Of a stretch of DNA of 64,000 nt, positions 60,654 to 64,000 are shown in pieces. Source of the DNA: Desulfobacterales bacterium (GTDB taxonomy: Bacteria; Desulfobacterota; Desulfobacteria; Desulfobacterales; UBA5852); NCBI GenBank assembly GCA_963674755.2, contig CAXXVS010000003.1:416001-480000 (forward strand), written 5' to 3'. Every line of letters starts with the position of its first letter. Position 1 is the stretch's first letter. The notes under the pieces were generated by a model. That model was given only the letters and a program-made list of their open reading frames with translations. It did not search any database and was not told the DNA's origin. The translations under genes were made by a program, and so were the position numbers.

Positions 60654-61286
60654 ATGCGAGCGGAATTTACTGCCAGGCAGCAGCAGGTGCTGGACTACCT
60701 GGATGGGCAGATCCGTCGGCGGGGACGCATCCCCAGCCTGCGCGAAGCGGCAGCCGATTTGGGCGTCAGCCACGCGGCCGTGGCCCAGATCCTGAAAGCG
60801 CTGGAGGAGAAAGGCGCTGTGCGGCGTGAGGGCCGCTACAGCCGCAACCTGGTGCTGTTGAACCGGGCGCGGGAAATCACCGGCGGCCAGCGCTGGCGCG
60901 AAGTCCCGCTGATTGGCCGCATTACGGCCGGGTTGCCCATGTATGCCCAAGAGGAGTGGGACGGCAGCGTGGTGATCGATGCCGCCCTGTTTCCGGGGCG
61001 CGACCTCTTTGCTTTGCGGGTGAAAGGGGACTCCATGCGAGGGGCCGGCATTCTGGATGGGGATCTGGCCATCTGTGAGCCCCGCCAGTATGCCCAGAAC
61101 GGTGAGATCGTGGTGGCCCTTATCCGACAGGAAGACGCCACCGTCAAACGGTTTTTCCTGTGTGCCGACCATATCGAATTGCGCCCGGAGAACAGCGCTT
61201 ATCCGGTGCGGCGCTATGGTTTCGACGAGGTCCTGGTGCAGGGCAAGGTGATTGGCCTGCAGCGGGGGCCGGAGACGATGCGATGA
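60654..61286 (+). CDS. lexA: LexA repressor
   Basis: wHTH PSLRE, ITAG cleavage site, GDSM (Ser), TVKR (Lys). Confidence 0.95.
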   Translation: MRAEFTARQQQVLDYLDGQIRRRGRIPSLREAAADLGVSHAAVAQILKALEEKGAVRREGRYSRNLVLLNRAREITGGQRWREVPLIGRITAGLPMYAQEEWDGSVVIDAALFPGRDLFALRVKGDSMRGAGILDGDLAICEPRQYAQNGEIVVALIRQEDATVKRFFLCADHIELRPENSAYPVRRYGFDEVLVQGKVIGLQRGPETMR

Positions 61287-62476
61287 AGCGTATCCAATCG
61301 TTGGTAGAGCGCCATGTCATTCACATCAATGTGACGGATTTTGCTGTGGCGGTGGAGCGGGCCGCGGACCGGCGTCTGCGGGGACGCCCGATCGTCGTGG
61401 CCCCCGAGGGCGTTGCCCGGGCCGTGGTGTACGACATGAGCGAAGAAGCTTATCAGGCCGGGGTGTGCAAAGGCATGGATTTGCGCCGGGCGGTGCGCCT
61501 GTGCACCGACGCCCGCATTTTGCCGCCCCATCCGGCCCGTTACGAACGGGCCATGCAGACCCTCATCCGGCAGGCCCTGTCCTACTCCCCCCTTATCGAA
61601 CCGGGGGAGGCGGACGGCCATCTGTTCGTGGACGTCACCGGTACCGGTCGCCTTTTCGGGCCGCCGGCGGATGTGGCCTGGCGTCTGCGCCAACAGGCCC
61701 GGGCCGAGCTGGGGCTGGAGCCCGTGTGGGCCGTGGCCCCCAACAAGCTCGTGGCCAAGGTTGCCACCCGGCTGGTGAAACCCGATGGCGAATCCGTCGT
61801 GCGCGCCGGAGAGGAGGCGGCCCTTCTGGCGCCGGTTCCCCTTCACCTGGTGCCCGGCATCGAGCGCCAGGATCTGGTGCGTCTGGGCGACTTCAATTTT
61901 CGCTGCGCCGGCCAGGTGGCCGGCTTGAGCCCGGAGGTTTTGCAGATCCCGTTTGGCCGGCGGGCCCTAGATCTGTTCGAGGCGGTGCGGGGCATCGATC
62001 GTTCGCCGGTCCGGGCGGTGGATCAAAAGCCGTCCCGGGTGGTGCTGGATCATGGGTTTGCGGAAGATGCCCTGGTGGTGCCGATGGTCGAAGGGGCGCT
62101 GTACTCGCTGGTCGAACAGGCAGGGCGCATCCTGCGGCAGCGGTGTCTGGCGGCCCGGCGCGTGGCCGTGGTGCTGGATTTTTCCGACGGCCGGCGCTGT
62201 GCCCGCCAGCGGGCGGTGCGGCCGGCTACGGCCAACGACATGGCCCTGTTCGAACCGGGGTGCGCCGCTCTCCATCTGGCCTGGCAGCGTCGGGTGCGGA
62301 TTCGCCACCTGCGGCTGGTCTGCGACCGTCTGGCCTTTCCGCCGGCCCAGCAGGAATTGTTCCCGACCGATGGGGTCCGGGAGGGTCGTCGGGTCCGCCT
62401 GGTGTCTGCACTGGACGATATCCGGGAGCGGTTCGGGGAAGACGCCATACGGCTCGGCCGCACCCTAGCCGCCTGA
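61283..62476 (+). CDS. imuB: Y-family polymerase-like protein, probably inactive (ImuB-like)
   Basis: DinB-like fold (NKLVAKVA, VPGI), catalytic acidic motifs degenerate, clamp-like QQELF, LDDIRERFG; between lexA and dnaE2. Confidence 0.8.
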   Translation: MKRIQSLVERHVIHINVTDFAVAVERAADRRLRGRPIVVAPEGVARAVVYDMSEEAYQAGVCKGMDLRRAVRLCTDARILPPHPARYERAMQTLIRQALSYSPLIEPGEADGHLFVDVTGTGRLFGPPADVAWRLRQQARAELGLEPVWAVAPNKLVAKVATRLVKPDGESVVRAGEEAALLAPVPLHLVPGIERQDLVRLGDFNFRCAGQVAGLSPEVLQIPFGRRALDLFEAVRGIDRSPVRAVDQKPSRVVLDHGFAEDALVVPMVEGALYSLVEQAGRILRQRCLAARRVAVVLDFSDGRRCARQRAVRPATANDMALFEPGCAALHLAWQRRVRIRHLRLVCDRLAFPPAQQELFPTDGVREGRRVRLVSALDDIRERFGEDAIRLGRTLAA

Positions 62477-62619
62477 TCCTTCGCGTTTCCGGCGGTTATT
62501 TTGCACAATCTCGGCGTCAGACGGTGATTTTAATCCTCGACATACGTGAGTATGCCTGCGGTTAAAATCAACGTCTTCCTTGACCTTGCCCAAAATCCTT
62601 CGCCGGAAACACGAAGGAT
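62476..62619. repeat. 144-nt imperfect palindromic element (REP/MITE-like)
   Basis: Nested inverted repeats: 19-bp outer arms with one mismatch, ATTTTG/CAAAAT, TGATTTTAA/TTAAAATCA, CATAC-GTGA-GTATG. Confidence 0.75.
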
Positions 62620-62673
62620 ACGGTTTCGGAAAACAATTTTCTCGTTTTTCCTGTGGAAAGGTTCTCTTTCGGC

Positions 62674-64000
62674 ATGGTGCCGCTTACCGTTCGTTCCCAT
62701 TATTCCCTCATGTGGGGGACCGCCTCGGTGGCACGCCTGGTCCGGGGAGCGCGGCGGATGGGCTATAGGCGTTTGGCCCTCACGGATACGGACAATCTTT
62801 ACGGATTGTGGCCGTTTCTGGCGGCCTGTCGGCGGGAAGGGGTGCGGCCCATTGTGGGGGCGGAAGTGACGGATCCTGTCCGGCACGAACGGGCGGTTTG
62901 CCTGGTGGCCGACGATGCCGGCTACGGCAATCTCTGCCGGCTGCTGACCGCCCGCCACATGGACGATGCCTTTGCATTGAAAACAGCCCTGCCGGAGCGG
63001 GCCGAAGGCCTGGTGGTGCTTACCCAGATGCCCGATTTGCTCGCTGATTGGCATGCCGCGGGCGTGCGGGTGGCGGCCGCCATGCCTCGGAAGGCCCTGC
63101 CGGCGGCGCACCCCCTGCGACGGACCGCCAAGCGGTGCGCCCTTCCGGTGGTGGCCACCCCGGGCAGTTTTTTCCTGGAACCGGCCGAGTACGGGATCCA
63201 TCGCCTTTTGCGCGCCATTGACCGCAAAACCTTCTCTGATCGCCTCGCACCGGCGGATGCGGCCCCGGCCGATGCCTGGCTCGCGCCGCCGGCCGTATAC
63301 CGGCAGCGGTTTGCCGTTTGTCCCGAAGCGCTCGCGGCCAGTGCGGTGCTGGCCGAAGAAGCGGCTTTTACCGGGCCGCCCCTTGGCCCGGTGATGCCGC
63401 CCTGGTCGCCGGCCGACGGCGGCGAAGCGCGTCCGAATGAAGCCCTCCGGCAGGCCGCTTACCAGGGGGCACGGCGCCGCTACGGAGGAGCGCTTCCGGC
63501 AGCGGTGGTGGTGCGGCTGGAACACGAGTTGGGGGTCATCGCCCAGATGGGGTTTGCGACTTATTTTCTCGTGGTGCGCGACATTGTGGGTCCCGGTTCG
63601 CGGACCTGCGGACGGGGATCGGGAGCCGCTTCCCTGGTGGCCTATTGCCTGGGCATCACCAATGTTTGCCCGATCAAACACAACCTCTATTTCGAGCGTT
63701 TTCTCAATCCCGGCCGCACAGATCCGCCCGATATCGACGTGGATTTCGCCTGGGATGAGCGCGACGCGCTCCAGCAGGCCGTGTTGTCCACCTACGGGGC
63801 GCATGCGGCTATGGTATGCAATCATGTCTGCTTTCAGCCTCGCATGGCCGTCAGGGAAACGGCCCGGGTCTATGGGCTGACCGAAGGCGAGATCGGACGT
63901 GTGACCCGCCGTCTGCCCTGGTACTGGCGCATGGAGGGTCCCGCCGAGGAACTGTTGGCCGCCGTGCGCCGGCGTCCGGAGGCCCGCGTCCTCGATTTCC
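62674..64000 (+). CDS. dnaE2: Error-prone DNA polymerase III alpha subunit (3' truncated by window)
   Basis: Not in ORF track (no stop in window); manual translation MVPLTVRSHYSL...ALTDTDNLYG...GRGSGAASLVAYCLGIT...FERFLNP...PDIDVDF. Confidence 0.92.
   Translation, partial: MVPLTVRSHYSLMWGTASVARLVRGARRMGYRRLALTDTDNLYGLWPFLAACRREGVRPIVGAEVTDPVRHERAVCLVADDAGYGNLCRLLTARHMDDAFALKTALPERAEGLVVLTQMPDLLADWHAAGVRVAAAMPRKALPAAHPLRRTAKRCALPVVATPGSFFLEPAEYGIHRLLRAIDRKTFSDRLAPADAAPADAWLAPPAVYRQRFAVCPEALAASAVLAEEAAFTGPPLGPVMPPWSPADGGEARPNEALRQAAYQGARRRYGGALPAAVVVRLEHELGVIAQMGFATYFLVVRDIVGPGSRTCGRGSGAASLVAYCLGITNVCPIKHNLYFERFLNPGRTDPPDIDVDFAWDERDALQQAVLSTYGAHAAMVCNHVCFQPRMAVRETARVYGLTEGEIGRVTRRLPWYWRMEGPAEELLAAVRRRPEARVLDF

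Noticed and set aside
396..63825. Many long antisense or alternate-frame ORFs (e.g. 396-1640, 15273-17051, 37303-38982, 39325-40794, 62530-63825)
   Set aside because: They shadow well-supported genes, lack motifs and RBSs, and are expected from high-GC codon bias

Overview
GC-rich, gene-dense chromosomal segment with no rRNA, tRNA, CRISPR array, transposase or prophage that I can recognise. The gene set (long-type AhcY, sigma54 activator, PAS hybrid kinases, Usp + GAF pair, lexA-imuB-dnaE2) suggests a Desulfobacterales-like deltaproteobacterium; this is inference. Contents in order: metK 3' end and ahcY; nadK; a first livKHMGF operon; an APC permease; pncA-like and pncB NAD-salvage genes; mntP; a putative proline-utilisation locus (FadR/GntR regulator, second livKHMGF, putA) with a shared palindromic operator; assorted transport and metabolic genes; a split ADP-forming acyl-CoA synthetase; a Bacteroidetes-like fabH; a GlrK/QseG/GlrR-like triad next to two divergent sigma54 promoters feeding small secreted proteins; a SAM-I riboswitch-controlled metY-metX-metW operon; and a lexA-imuB-dnaE2 cassette running off the right edge. 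The best candidates for undescribed biology are (i) the sigma54/QseG-like module, (ii) an unannotated multibranch RNA structure with tandem anti-Shine-Dalgarno (CACCUCC) loops upstream of a usp gene, (iii) a 144-nt rod-like hairpin between imuB and dnaE2, (iv) a direct-repeat candidate LexA operator and (v) the FadR-type proline regulon. All product calls come from motif recognition by eye, not database searches.
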